Origin: Spizellomyces punctatus DAOM BR117
Lineage: Eukaryota
Reading direction: 5' to 3' (one strand)
Assembly: GCA_000182565.2 (NCBI GenBank)
Contig: KQ257464.1
Length of the DNA: 64,000 nucleotides
Shown: positions 37,799-50,035 of the stretch, one piece after another
Layout of the letters: every line of letters begins with the position of its first letter
How positions within the stretch are numbered: the first letter of the stretch is position 1
Program-made: the position numbers and the translations under genes
The notes under the pieces: model-generated
The model's database searches: none
What the model was told of the DNA's origin: nothing
Seen by the model: only the letters and a program-made list of their open reading frames with translations

Positions 37799-38694
37799 AT
37801 GTCGGCAGGATTTCGCAATGGCGCCCGGCTGGAGGATCGTTATTTTACACCCGCTGAGGTGGAAATGCATAATGCCCCCGAAGACTGTTGGGTATCTTGG
37901 CTCGGATATGTCTACGATCTCACTCCCCTTGTGGAAGAGCACAAAGGCGAACCTTTGCTGGCACCGATTTTGAAGAATGCGGGGAAGGATATTTCACATT
38001 GGTTTGATAGGAAAACTGGTGATGTATGTAGTCGTTTTGAGAACCTGATAGCTAGCACATGCTGAGATTTGTGTATTTGCCCACTCCACTGGCAGCTCAA
38101 ATCACAAATCAATCCCCTCACTGAATGTCTCACCCCCTACACACCAGAAGGACCATTTCTACATGTTCCACCGCCGGTACCCTTCTCAGACTGGTCATCG
38201 ACGATGGATACTGGGAGCGCGGTTCCGTGGTGGCAGAACAAACATAAGTATTGCATTGGAAGATTAAGTCAAAAAACGAGGAAGATCAGGATCATCAATA
38301 CTTTAACTCGAGATGAACATGTTCTAGAGGTATGCTTCTCAAGTGACGGAATTGACAATTCTGAAGGAATGCCTCTTACCCGCACACTAAAACCGCTTGC
38401 AGGTTGCATCTGAAGAGAAGTTGTCGGCTATACAAGAGCGTTATCTAGCCTACAATTCTCACGCCAAAGGCTATATGTGGAAACGCTTGGGCCAGCTTCT
38501 GGATATGTCGCGAACGCTGGAAGAAAACAGCATCACGGACGAAAGTCCGTACTTTGAACAAGTTGGAATAGACGAGGAAGACTGGTTGCCAGCTGTTCAT
38601 TTGTATTTTAGGTGGGCTACCAGCTCGGATTTGCTTTAAACCGATAAAACTGACCTGGAACAATGCATCTAGTGATGACCTCACTGTGGCATAA
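37799..38694 (+). CDS. CYB5D1: Cytochrome b5 domain-containing protein 1 (radial-spoke protein), 4 exons
   Basis: [81 protein letters not shown]-terminal LYFSDDLTVA. Confidence 0.94.
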
Positions 38695-38736
38695 TGGTAC
38701 CGACACGGTCACAGGACGCACCGGCTTATGTAGGCT

Positions 38737-40965
38737 CTATTTATCTCGCCTGTGAGCCATATCTACGATTTCGGGTGCCAACTGAACCATGCAGAGATCC
38801 AGAAGCACGTAGAAGAGGTGTTTGTTGATGTACGTGTATTGCAACATATCTACTAGATCCGATAGGCTGTCCTGCACTTCGTCTTCTCCAAAAGATGTAT
38901 ATATGATGGCTAATATATGTTAGCAACGTATCATCGATGAAGCCGGTGGTCAGCACTTACGTGGCACGCTTTTTCTCAACAAAGTCTCAGCCTCACGGCG
39001 AGTTGCTTCTTTCCTAGTTGTATCTGTCGTTCCATCGCTCGTTCCATCTGCCAAAATGTTTCCAGGCCACATCGATGATCGAAACCAGAGCAGATATTTC
39101 GCGACCATATCTTCACAGATAACTGCATGAACACCCTTGATGATAAGCCTACCGAGGATTATATCAGACCCTGAAGAATACCGTATCCTAATGCATTCTT
39201 TACCACACCTGTTCATCAGGGAACCTCCGAAGAAGTGAAGAATTGGCTTGAGGAAAAATACTACTTGGGTATACAGCCATTTTCGACGCTTTCCCAGTCG
39301 TATCGCCGATATTATGAAGTCAATCAGATTGTCCTCCAAGTGATCTGCCTCATACTGCGTCGTATCAATAGATCCTATCATCCAAGGTCCAGACCTGGCC
39401 TCTCGTTGTACTGCCAGCAGACCAGTCCAGATGTCACGAAGCGTGATTGCAGCCGACTCCCTCATCTCGTTTCGGAACGGGGAAAACTTTGTCGGATCAA
39501 TGTCTGACGTAAAGGATGTACCTTTTCCCTTTAAAGGCCCTTCTGACAAATTGTCAAAGTCCAGACTTTTCTCCGTGGCATCAGTATAAACAGAATCGAT
39601 GCTTAAGCCAGAGTTTTCATCATCCGAGCTCCTGGAGGCAAACTCATCGGTGCCGCCGTCATCCATCGGTGGCCGTTCGTTGTTTTGATTTGTAGGTTCA
39701 CTGCTTCCGCTGACATCAGATGTGGCGGGCGCAACTCCTCGTCGATATGCATCGTCAATGTGAGCTATGGAAATTCTATCAGGGTCATTCCTTGAGGATT
39801 GAGTAACGTCCGTTGGAGCTTGGCATTGACTCGTAGTACTCAGCAGTGTAGGGTTAGCTACGGGAAGCTTACTCTTTTGCTCCCGCTGCGCCGGAGTGGC
39901 AACCGCATTTTTAATGCGTCCAAATCGATTTGAAACTTTGTCTAGTCCTGTTTCAAAGCCGGATGTCAGCTTGGTAACCAAAGAACTCGCCGTGCCGGAA
40001 CTATGAGGCGCGACGGTCCTACGACGCTTCAAAAATGATGGTTGCACAGCGTCTTCCACATTGAACAGCAGAGGTAGATGCTCTCTTCCGCTTAAATTCG
40101 ACGCAGGATCGTGGGTTGACGAACGATCCCTTATAGGTGCCAGCTGTGGTGACGACGGCAGCGTATCTCTACTGTATTCTGGCACATGCGGCATCTCACT
40201 AACGGAAGCGCCTGAGGCATCATACGCATCGTTTACGGTGGAAGAGGATAGAATCTAGAAATGACTCTAAGTTCCGAGAGACAAGAAAATGACAGCTCTT
40301 TCTGCATGTACCAGTACAATGAGCTGATTGATGTGGTCACCATCAGTAAAACGCTCGACGCTGGGTAGTAGCACTGCATTGAGTAGTATCTCTCTCAGGG
40401 AAAACCTCAAACAGTCACTCTTCAATTCGTCCTCCGGTAACAGGATGGTAAGCAGCACGTCGACAATTTTTCGACAGTAGTCCACCTCGGTTTCCGCGTT
40501 CTCCAGGGCAAAATGCGGCTGGCATCCGTGGAAGAGTTGCTCGAGACTTTTCCCTCCAGCATACACCGTTCCAAGCTTTTCTTTGCAGTTCCTATAGTCG
40601 TGAATATGTGTACGCAAGACATCTGGAACGTTTTTAGCTAAGAAATTGACCCAGTCCACTTTCGCTAAACAGTTGTGCTCGAGCTCCTGCACCGCATGAC
40701 CAATTATATGTACGATTTCAGCCAGGAACTCCTCATCATGAGACAATTCTTGGTACCTGCAATAGATCTGGTTAGTTAGCACTGGCTCATAGAGTGGAAG
40801 TCGACAAACATCAGACCGCTACCATACGCAGACGTAATCCCGCAGGATAAGAGAGATAATCTTATACAGTTCAGCGTCTACATGTGGAGACGACGTAAGC
40901 CGCTCAGGACGTATCCTGTCGAATAGCTGCTGAGGAGTTGCCGCCGAGGGGAACCGTCTCGGCAT
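38737..40965 (-). CDS. PXA-domain protein with sorting-nexin C-terminal (PXC) region
   Basis: LTSSPHVDAELYKIISLILRDYVCVW|YQELS..EFL, PHFAL, LLPEDELKSDCLRFSLREIL; C-terminal FRSSMWPG, INKHLFYVLLDL. Confidence 0.82.
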
Positions 40966-41055
40966 TCTGACGATAGTACGAGATCGGAAAGCCCCAGCGG
41001 GATAGACGCGTTAGTGCCGGCTTACGCGGGCGTTTGGCTCGTTACGTTGGTCGAA

Positions 41056-41436
41056 ATGTCAACCAAACGTACAATTTCAGTGTCTCCTGCTACCAGCAGC
41101 TCTTCGTATGCACTACCATCTCCTCTACCTGTAGACTTTTTGGCCCACTCCAAGCCGACCCTCCATGGACTAGCTCAAGCGGCTTTGAGTAGCACCGTAA
41201 CGGCTACAGTTAGCCCCCTTTCACTTACGTCGGATACTCTGGCGAAGAGTGCAAAAATGTTTGCAGCAACGGACACGACACTAGATAGGACACGAGGTAC
41301 ACTAGAGAGGCTAGCGAAGGGAGTTAAAGAACTGGATGAACGAGCACGCAGCTCCAATGAAGCGTTGAAGATTTGTGTCGCGGAGACGTTGGACCAACTA
41401 GCTGGACAGTGCGGGTCAGGACCACGGAGAATATGA
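41056..41436 (+). CDS. Small coiled-coil protein, BORCS7-like (BORC subunit)
   Basis: TSDTLAKSAKMFAATDTTLDRTRGTLERL resembles the BORCS7 core helix; 126 aa, intronless. Confidence 0.55.
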   Translation: MSTKRTISVSPATSSSSYALPSPLPVDFLAHSKPTLHGLAQAALSSTVTATVSPLSLTSDTLAKSAKMFAATDTTLDRTRGTLERLAKGVKELDERARSSNEALKICVAETLDQLAGQCGSGPRRI

Positions 41437-41705
41437 CAAAAGGATCCATTCATTCTCTCATGGTTCTCTGCAACATGCATGACCAACATAAAGCTCCTGC
41501 TTGCGTTCCAGCAGTACGGGTGGAGTATGGACCGCTGTCAGAGGAAAAAGTATTGTGAGACCCAGCTCCCGCCCGTTTACATTCAATTCCTGGAAAGCTG
41601 GCTCGGACATGTCAGGAGCGCCAAATGAAAATGAAACTGATTCCAAAGAGTGGATCTTTCCAATTTTTGGGACATCTCTGAATCGTTGTGATATTAGGAT
41701 AGTTT

Positions 41706-44700
41706 TCATGTCGATGTAAGCGATCCACCGCGAACTGTCGCCTTGTGGAAAATATACGAGAGGGGTTTTCTTAACGCAGGTTCTTGAGAGAGTGCTCTTG
41801 TGATGACAGGATCCACTTCCTGCAGCCGCTCAACCATCCCACTTGATAAGTGCTCCCAGCATTTTAGTTCACTGAATTTCTCCGTGAAAGTTGTTGTGGT
41901 GGAGGAAATCATCCCCTTCTGATGGTACGGTTAAGGTCAAATCACATTGATTAGAACACGCCATACTCACCTGGCAGCTGCATCCCAGCAAATCGTGCGT
42001 AAGACATTCTGTGTTTTCATCGAGAGTAAAGAGATCTTTCAATTCCTGCGAGGTGAATGCGTTCATCCCGGTTTCTTTATCATCGATCAGAGCATCGCTT
42101 AGGGAAATCTTTGTTAATTGTCTTTGATATATTTTCTCTGGATTGTTACGGATTCAGAAAGGAATGTTTGGCTAGTTTGTACCATACTGACCTTCTATCG
42201 TTCCGGTACTGAGAAGTCGATATATTTTTACATCCCGGGACTGACCATCTCGCCAGATGCGCGCCATGGCTGAATGGGCAACATTAGCGCAACGATTTTA
42301 AAGACTTGACGAGACCGTCCTGTACCTTGCTGACAGATACTAGGATTCCTAAAACAGAAGCTCAACAGGTAAATGCAGATATCAAAAAGCGACAGCCAAA
42401 GCGCATCCTTGCCAATCAATATCGTAAAGAATCAATCGGCTGGCCCCAGTGAGATTCAACCCTACTCCTCCAGCCTTGCTGCTCAACAAAAAGACGAAAT
42501 ACGCATTTGAAGTGTTAAACTGGTCGACGTATTTTTGACGTTTGGCAACCGGGGTCTTGCCATCCAGGCGCAGAAGCCCATATGCCCTCTGCGTGCATAG
42601 AGTTTCGATAAGATCCAACGTTTGTGTCCAGTTGGACACAATTAAAACCTGCCAGGGTCAGCACTATAAGTTATCATAAACTCTCGATGAAATAGTATTT
42701 CACCTTTTCTTGGGTGGTTTCTCTGATGCTTCGCAGAAGAGATGCTAGGACAGACATTTTCCCACTGAATTGAGCATCCTGTCGTACGTCATTTAAAACT
42801 TCAGGAGCCAGGATGGGGAAATCGGCCACCCGCTCATTGGTCACCTTCAAGAAGCGACATCATGAGGAGCACTAGTGAAACGTCGCGCACTTGATTGGCA
42901 CTAACCAGCTGGGGGGCATTTAACAGCTTCTTAAGCATCGTAGAAAACTCTAGAATATTGCTCATATCTTTTCCCGCATCGTGGATGCACGTCTTCACAT
43001 CGGGGGAGCCGAGAATATGACGATACATGCTCAGCTGCAATGCAGTGGGTCGGCAAAACAGAACAAATTCGGACTTAGGTGGCAGGTATCTAGCGTTAAC
43101 TTCGCTAGTCCGACGTAAAATAAACATGTGCGTCAACCGGGACAATTCTTTGGATCTTTTTTGTCCCAAGTCGTACTCCTCGGGAGTACAGCTGCGATCG
43201 CGGCTTTTCATGATTGGATCTTGGAACACTTTCTGTTTGCTCATTAATTGGCGAAGTGCACACACGGTTAACAGATGGCTTAGATAATTACCTTGAAAGT
43301 ATTGAAAGTTCCCAAGACCCCTGTAAGTGCCGTGGTGGAATGTCTCATGATCCGCTGCTTGAGACTTGAGATTAACGCAAACAACACTATACCTGGATTT
43401 ACAAAGTCAATTATCGAAAAAAACTCGCTCAGATCGTTCTTGTAGATTGTCAGCATCGACTAAGACGATGCGTCGGCGCAACCCCCGTATCTCACCTGCA
43501 TCGGTGTCCCCGATAAAAGGATACGCCGGCTCGTTTGAAGCTGCTTCATTACCTGTGCTGTTCTTATCTGACTGTTCTTAAGTCTATGCCCTGATGTATC
43601 TGTCAGCAAGACACCTGTGTACTTGGTGACGAGACCTTTACCTTCATCGTAAACAGCGATATCGAAGTTCGCTTTGGCTATTTCATCTTGCAACGCTCTC
43701 ATTTTCTCGTACCCAATCACAAGCACTTGATATAGGCGACTTACAATAAAATCTGCAATCTGTGATTTCTCATCAACTGCAAATACTAGTCCAAGTATGT
43801 CCGCGTCAAATATCGGTTCATTTTTCATCCCACGGAAGCGGTATTAAGTGTCGAACCTCGAATTCTCTCGTCCCCTAACCACTTTCTGAACTCATTCTTC
43901 CAATTTTCGACCAAAGTTGCCGGACAAACTATCAAGGCTACGTAGCGAACAATGAGCATCATGACAGCAAGATCTCGCGTTGAGAACGAACCGCGTTTCA
44001 CCGGAGGTGGAGAGCCTGCGATGCTAGTCTGCTTGAGAAGGGTCCATATTACAGCTATGGTTTGTACGGTCTTCCCTGCTCAGCCCAGATTAGTTAACTG
44101 AATGATTGGCATATATTGATTCCAGCTTGCTGTACCAAGTCCCATCTCATCAGCTAAGATAGCGCCAGCACCGTTGAAATCTACAAGCGTTTTTTAGCGC
44201 CAAGAACAGCGCGGCAGCCGAAGGCAGGTTTACCTCTCATTTGCATGACACTATCACAATCGTTAGTACATAGCAGATCAGACACGTCCAGTAGCAGCCC
44301 TACATACCATTCATAAAGAAATACAACACCTTCTCGTTGGTGTGGTCGTAGATGTGATGAGATGACGGGATCCACGACGACATCAATTATTTGAGCAGTT
44401 CTCCTATATGTCACCCATGAGGCCAGTGACAATTTGTAGCGAGGACATTCTTTTACTTGCCCTCCATCTTCCGTCACTGGTCGTGGCATCACAAGAGCAT
44501 TTGAAGCATATGGATTATGGCGAGGGCTGGCAATTTTGGCAACTGTGGACGAGCAGGCAATATTTCCCGAGAGGGCTTTGAACTTTTTAAATCCTTTCGT
44601 TGGGTTTAAAACCGGTTCTCCTTGTGACTCAATGTAGCACTCTAATATTGCAGATGAATATATATTGTTGTGAAACGTGTAAAATAAGCACGGAGGACCT

Positions 44701-45364
44701 ACGTCCGCTCGTGTAATCACTCCATGCAAGGAGACTCCCAACCTAGATCGGTTGTCACGATCTGCCAAAACGGTGGCATGTTTCGGCAGTCACACCGCTT
44801 ACCTCGACTTCTCTATTACCGATAGTAATCATTGATCCTTCAGCAAGTGGTGCTGAGGGGAGTCCGCATTTACCTAGCCTAATAGCGCTCTCAAGCAAGT
44901 GTCGAGAGAGATCTTTCTTAACGGCACGATCATACACTTTGCCTTCCATATTCTGAAGAAGTGCGCTTCTTGTGTGTACAACTAGTATACCGTCTGCATC
45001 CCAAGTCTTATGCTGGATTACAAAAGATGCCACATATCTGAACGTGAAGGTCTTATGGGTGGTACGGTTATGTAACATCCTTCACCTTTTTCTGCTGCTT
45101 CTTTCGATAGACCACACTATAACAGCTCCCTGGCTCTACTTTATTGAGCGCATCAAGATCTCCTCCGTTATCTTCTTGGTGCCTTGCGTGGTTTTCTGTA
45201 GCAGTAGAGACATTCTTTGGTAGTAGGGGGGAAGTGAAAAGTCTCCGACGCTTTGCTGGAAGGGCAGGGACATGGAGGGAAGCACTACTAGTGGGATTGG
45301 ACACTGAGTGAGCGGAGGCAGTGTTGGAGTGCTCTCGTTTTGATGGTGCGAGTGAGCGTCGCAT
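41706..45364 (-). CDS. RAD54B: SNF2-family DNA translocase RAD54B/Rdh54, many exons
   Basis: MRRSLAPS, KHKTWDADGIL, LRPHQREGVVFLYE, AILADEMGLGKT, DEG|HRLKNS, LLSGTPMQ, FLLSSKAGGVGLNLTGASRL, THDLLGCSC. Confidence 0.9.
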
Positions 45365-45580
45365 GGCTTAAACGAACATGCCAGTTCCCACGGCGCGCAT
45401 ATAACTACGATCGGTGGCTGTGTAATTCAGTTTCCTTCCTGAGATAAATTGGCTATGGCGCAGCACACCATCCTGATAATGGACAATTGCAAGCTCCGCA
45501 ACAGTGTTTCGAGAGCGTTGAGCAGCTGCCCGGAATATCCGTCGACGTCAACCACGCTGACCAAGTTGCAAGAGCGTAAC

Positions 45581-47518
45581 ATGAGTTTGAAGATTTTCAA
45601 GAAAGGAGGCGGCCTGGCGGACCTCATCGAGGAAGCAAGCGCCCCCGAGTTGGAAGAAGTCAACTGGACAATGGTGTTCGCTGCTGCTGACAGAGTGAAC
45701 ATGCAAGCAGATGGGTATGACGGGACTATTACCAGGAAGTGAAAAATACCATTCGCTTATATTTGCCCTTCATGTGTAGAGGGAAGGAAGTCGTGCGCGC
45801 CCTAAAACGTCGATTGAAACATAAGAGTCCAGTTGTACAGTCTTATGCATTGACGATATTAGACGCGTTGATGAAAAACTGTGGTGCAAAAGTCCAGGTG
45901 GCTTTTGTACATCCCGAGAATGTTGCTTCGCTCATGAGGCTGTATGATTCAAACGTGCGTACCGGAAGGGCTACACACGACCAGGCATCAGTGCTGTTTC
46001 TCATATTGATGAGCATGATAGGATTTTGTCCAGGAGAACCGAATGCGTTTTGTGAATCTGGTAGCAGAATGGGTGGGTGATTACCATCTTGATCGCGCGT
46101 TTGTTTTCGGGTCTACTCACTTGTGACACCTGCAGATGGAGAGTACAAGAGATCCTGGCGTTCGACCTCCTTTGATAGGACTTCTCTCTTGGTTGGGAGG
46201 AAAAGGTATGCGTGACAAAACAAGCTACCCAAAAAACAAACGTTCGAAACATGTGCTAAAGAGGAAGTAATATCAGGGTATTTCCCCTCTCCGGTCGTTG
46301 GAGCGAGACATGGTTCGCAAGGAGGACTGGTGAGTTCTCCGGTATGCTGCAAGTAGAGTTAAGCTAACTGGCGCAATATGTCAAGTTCATGACAATATCC
46401 AGTGGCCGTACTCAATCTCCTCAAATTTTGATTCCTAGTCTTGCCAGCCATCGTGGTTGGCTTTCATCTGTATGTAGGCAGTCTATCAAGCATTCTGTTC
46501 GGTATCAAATACCAGATATTTTCTGACGTACCACTGCTATTGGAAGCCTCCTACGGAAAGTTTTGCGCAAAGAAGTGAACAGATGGCAAAGGATCTCATA
46601 TTGGCGGATAACAATATTGCGATGTTTATGGAGGCGCTGAATTTTTTACCTCCCGAAGAAAGTCCGAGCGAGAATGAACTTGTTCAGGTACGTAAACATG
46701 GATGAAATGGATAGTCATTCGACCTACAGGAGTATATCGACTGGAAGAAGAACAAAACGCTGAAAGTTTACCTATAGGAGTTTCGGGCTAAATGCAAGGA
46801 GATTCAATCCCGAGTGTTGCGCTTAATTCAAGAAATTGATGACGGCGATCTTCTTGGTACCGTAATCTCGTGGAATTCTTCTTCTTTCATTTTCAACCAT
46901 GTAATGCGAGGTTGCAGGCAAACTGGTGAAGATCAATGGTGATATTGATGCCGCGTTTACGTTATACGACGAGACCGTCGAGAGCAGGAATCTGCTCCAA
47001 GCATTGGAAAACTCCCAACATAATGTTCGGGCGCGGGAAAAGGTACATGATGGATAGCGCTTCGCTCTACAAGCCATTTGCATTGACTTGCTGAAATATC
47101 TGCAGGCTGCTGGTGGGATTGTGTTTAGGGAACCGGCAAGGTGAATGGCACAAGTCGTGGTATCCGTGAAGATGTGATGATATTAAGCCAAGCTTCGTCT
47201 GTTAGAGAGGTGCCCGATTTGATATCGTTCTCAGGTATAGCTCATCTTCACGGTTACTCGGTCCCTGTGTTGGAAACTAAAATCCATGGCATCAATTAGG
47301 GGAAGGGGACCCGTTTTCGGACCGGTTTCAGACGGCAAGTGGAAGCGCGGACAGGCTGAATAATCCGTCACCACAAGATGCAAGTGGCAGTTACATACCG
47401 TATGAGGTACCGTCAGCTAAAAAACTTGTGAGTGTCATGCCGTGCTCCAAGACAGATATTTTGACTGGCTGACTTGTTTTTCGATCAGGGAAAATTGCCA
47501 GCATCCGTCAATGCATAG
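45581..47518 (+). CDS. VHS + GAT domain adaptor (TOM1/Lsb5-like)
   Basis: VHS: KEVVRALKRRLKHKSPVVQSYALTILDALMKNCG; GAT: ENELVQ|EFRAKCKEIQSRVLRLI...KINGDIDAAFTLYD. Confidence 0.85.
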
Positions 47519-47949
47519 CGCATACACGATCTCAGTTAGAGTAGATATGACGGTGTCATGTATATATTATGGTGGTATCTAGATAGAATCGTCAATTTCT
47601 AGAAGTGAACAATGATTTTTTACGCTCAATGAGCGTTATATCTGCACTTTTCAGCTTTCCTACAGGAATCCTTGCTGTGGGTTTCTTCTCCATGGAGATC
47701 TCTCCTCTGTCAGAAGGATGGGACAGACGAAAGCATCATGCTTGGAGCAATGCAGTGGCGCGGCGTCCGAATTTCGGACACGTCTGAGCCGAGTGCTTAC
47801 GGAAAGACTCCCTTTTGCAGCGCTTTCTCAAGAAGCACGTCCACATCTCGACGACATCACATTTCCTTTCCGCACCAGAAGCCCAAGCCGGAGACCACTA
47901 CCAATATAGAACGTCTATAATTTTCTCTGTCACTTTACATCAACCCATA

Positions 47950-48413
47950 ATGCTCTCCGCGCAACCCGACCCCACCGTTAAAGCCCAACAGCAGGATACG
48001 CAGCCTGACCAGTCGCAGCAGAAGGATGCCACGGAGCCAACGAGTTCACAGCCTAAACCCACGTTTCCTAGCAAACACCCTCTAGGAAAGTTCCAGAAGG
48101 CGGGGTATGTTGCCTTCGTTTCCAGGATCATTAGAACCTTCGGGCGTTGTCCTGCTGTTACCGCTTTTGTTGACCAATGCTGCCTTGTTTATAGTCAGTT
48201 TAGAAGTCCGACTGATAACCTCATGTCTCCGGCAACTCAGAAGGTCGAAGCTAAGCGCAATCATCTCCTCAACAAGTGAGTTCCTTGCTGCAATATGCAT
48301 CCAGGTGATCCAACACAGAAGCTTCATTATTTGTATCTATTAGAATCAAGCCGAAATCCCTCGCTGGGCGGCTGTCAGATGCGGCGGCTCAAGAGCAGCA
48401 AAAGCAGTCTTAG
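47950..48413 (+). CDS. SPO12: Spo12-family mitotic-exit protein, 3 exons
   Basis: Signature FRSPTDNLMSPATQKV, followed by spliced KIKPKSL. Confidence 0.82.
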
Positions 48414-48527
48414 GAGACTAGTATTACATTTGCTGCAGCATTCATTACATTGCTCATGTTTGTCTATAAAATGTTTTGTCTAAACAAAGCAACGAAATAA
48501 GGACACCAGTTGTTACAAATCGAGGTT

Positions 48528-50035
48528 TCAGAGGAGGTGCCTGGAATGCATGAGAGTGTTTTCCATGTTAATGTAGGCGATCTTGCTGGGTGCAGACACG
48601 TGCATCACTTACTTTCGCATGTAAGATGTGACAAGGTCGTACACCACCAAAAGAATTCCTCCTCCAGGGCCCAATCGAAGGACTTTTGGCACAAACCCTT
48701 TCAGGCCAAATAAATTGTTGAGTTTCCAGTTTACCTTCACGAAGATAGCAAATACGTACCTTTGTACAAGGCGCTAAACCCTTCCTCCCGAGCAATCCTT
48801 ACTATTGCAGGTATTGCCCAGTTATATTTATATGGTGGATGCACCTGAGATTGTACTCGAGTTTTGACGACATCAAACGGGGTCTGTAGAAATATATTAG
48901 TACGTCGCCCCGGTAGCTCAGAGGCGATAGCTTACATTCAACAGTGTTCCGACTGTTCCTCCAAATGATCCGCACACAAAGTTCTTCAGCAAAATCCCTT
49001 GCTTCGTTTCGGGTTCAGGTAGCGCTTGACGTACACCAGTGATGACACCAAAATAACCTCCGTTCCACACCGCGTGTCGCCAAATAGTCGCTTCCATGCC
49101 CTTAAAAAAGCCTCTGATCCCTTCTTCTTGCATGATTTTCGCTACACAGTCCATACTAGCACAACCGACGGTAAGTAACGGGGCGAGATTATCGAATCAA
49201 TAGGTACGAACGTGTTTTTGTATTTTCCGGCCTGTAATGGAGGGATGAGTAGGTGAAAAGACTCTGAGCAACACTTTGTGACTTACATTGTTCTTGTCTT
49301 GCAATCGAATCTTGATTAAGTCGAATGAAACCACCACCAAAGCCTCAGTGGCTCCGGCGCTCACTCCAGTCAGGACCGACAGTCCTTGGCTGTCTCTGAA
49401 CCCAAAATTTCGCTTATACAAGTTCTTATACTGCCGATAATGGAGATAATTGCGTTACACACAGCTACAAACCAGCAGGGACATGAGGATTCGGTGACAG
49501 AAGCACTGACCGCATCATTTGCTCCAAACTTGATTGCTCGCTTGGGTGCTTCCACCATAATTGGAGGAATGATTCCTGATCGATCGTAAATGATAAACAA
49601 CATCCGCCGGATGATTGGTCAATCGCATACAGCATACCTCTGTATAGTGCCGCAGGTCTACAGGATAAGAATGCACTACATTAGAACCTGTCCCTTCCGT
49701 GCACTCTCTGACAGCACTAGAACCATTACCCTTCGCTTTTCACTATCGATTTGAATGTTCCGAGAATAGAGTTAGATTCTGCTTTTCCCACAGTCAGTTG
49801 GAAGCGGGTCTTTACAACGTCGAGGGGGTACATGGCAAGAATTTCGGTTACTCCCGCGATGGCGCCTACACGCAGCGCATGTCAGTCAGGGGTAATTTCT
49901 TATACAGTGTCACCATTTTCTTTGACCTGCAGCAAGGCTGTAGTGGACGGGAAGAGGCTTTACTGCAGAGCGGATAGACCCATTAGCATACTGGTTACTT
50001 CTTGGCAGGAATGAATGCGCACCTTCCGTCGACAT
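48528..50035 (-). CDS. Mitochondrial 2-oxodicarboxylate carrier (Odc1/2, SLC25A21-like)
   Basis: KPLPVHYSLAA|GAIAGVTEILAMYPLDVVKTRFQL, PPIMVEAPKRAIKF, RHAVWNGGYFG, LRLGPGGGILLVVY. Confidence 0.92.

Noticed and set aside
41458-41719. ORFs between BORCS7-like and RAD54B
   Set aside because: They lie in the convergent 3' UTR space and have no motifs or promoter evidence
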